NCBI RefSeq assembly: GCF_964204645.1
Contig: NC_134027.1
Location: 19,368,560 to 19,432,559, forward strand
Source: Tubulanus polymorphus
Taxonomy: Eukaryota; Animalia; Nemertea
DNA length: 64,000 bases
Direction: 5' to 3'
Positions 63,612 to 64,000 of this stretch are shown piece after piece; within the stretch, counting starts at the first letter, position 1, and each line of letters starts with the position of its first letter. The notes under the pieces were generated by a model, which saw only the letters and a list, made by a program, of their open reading frames with translations, did no database searches and had not been told where the DNA came from. The position numbers were made by a program, and so were the translations under genes.

Positions 63612-64000
63612 AAGTAGTAGATCGTTTAACGAAACTCCTTTCCAACGAGCAGAACAGTCAAATACAACTCTGATTTTTCCCTTTTGAGCATAATACACGC
63701 CATGGTGCGGAATGTAATAGACTCTACCGTCATCTCGTTTTAGATCCTTTGGAACAATCTCTGCGTATCCTTTCTCTATTATCGCTTTCATGAATTAATC
63801 ATAATCCTCTCTGAATTGCAGTTGATCTTTCAGTTTCCTCTCAATACTTCTCCACCTCCTTAGTGCGAGCTATCGGTTGTCAGGCATCTGTCATTTCTAA
63901 ACGGCAATCTCATCATGTAATGACCATCTTTGCTAAGACAAATTGAACTCTTCACCTTTTGAAGAAAAAGCTTATCATCTTGAGAATCTTCTCGTTTATC
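63612..64000 (-). mobile_element. BEL/Pao LTR retrotransposon pol fragment (degraded)
   Basis: YYIPHHGVY...KIRVVFDCSA..KGVSLND.LL is the characteristic start of BEL/Pao RT. Confidence 0.9.

Overview
AT-rich, intron-rich animal genomic DNA (probably a marine invertebrate; the taxon cannot be fixed from this window). No prokaryotic operon or CRISPR array is present. There are two host genes, arranged convergently. (1) The 3' end of a voltage-gated calcium channel alpha-2/delta (CACNA2D-like) gene lies on + at 363-5291. It has two apparently mutually exclusive exons, a cassette exon, a minor-spliceosome AT-AC intron and a C-terminal GPI-type signal. (2) A complete scavenger decapping enzyme DcpS gene lies on - (coding exons 40169-53800, likely first exon near 57700). 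The rest is mostly transposable elements: six RTEX-like LINE copies, CR1-, Crack/L2- and Proto2-like fragments, a BEL/Pao fragment, a palindromic Penelope insertion with a minimal hammerhead ribozyme, Helentron-type HINEs, and Kolobok-, MULE-, EnSpm-, hAT-, P- and Tc1-type non-autonomous elements. The most unusual observations are: five related RTEX-like insertions all about 8-18 nt downstream of a CTCF-like motif; an in-frame ORF1-TAG-ORF2 junction with no AUG before the endonuclease catalytic motifs; a hammerhead intact only on the strand antisense to the host gene; and alternative delta-subunit exons. Coordinates were read by hand and element ends may be off by a few bases. Clade names are from motif recall, not database searches.
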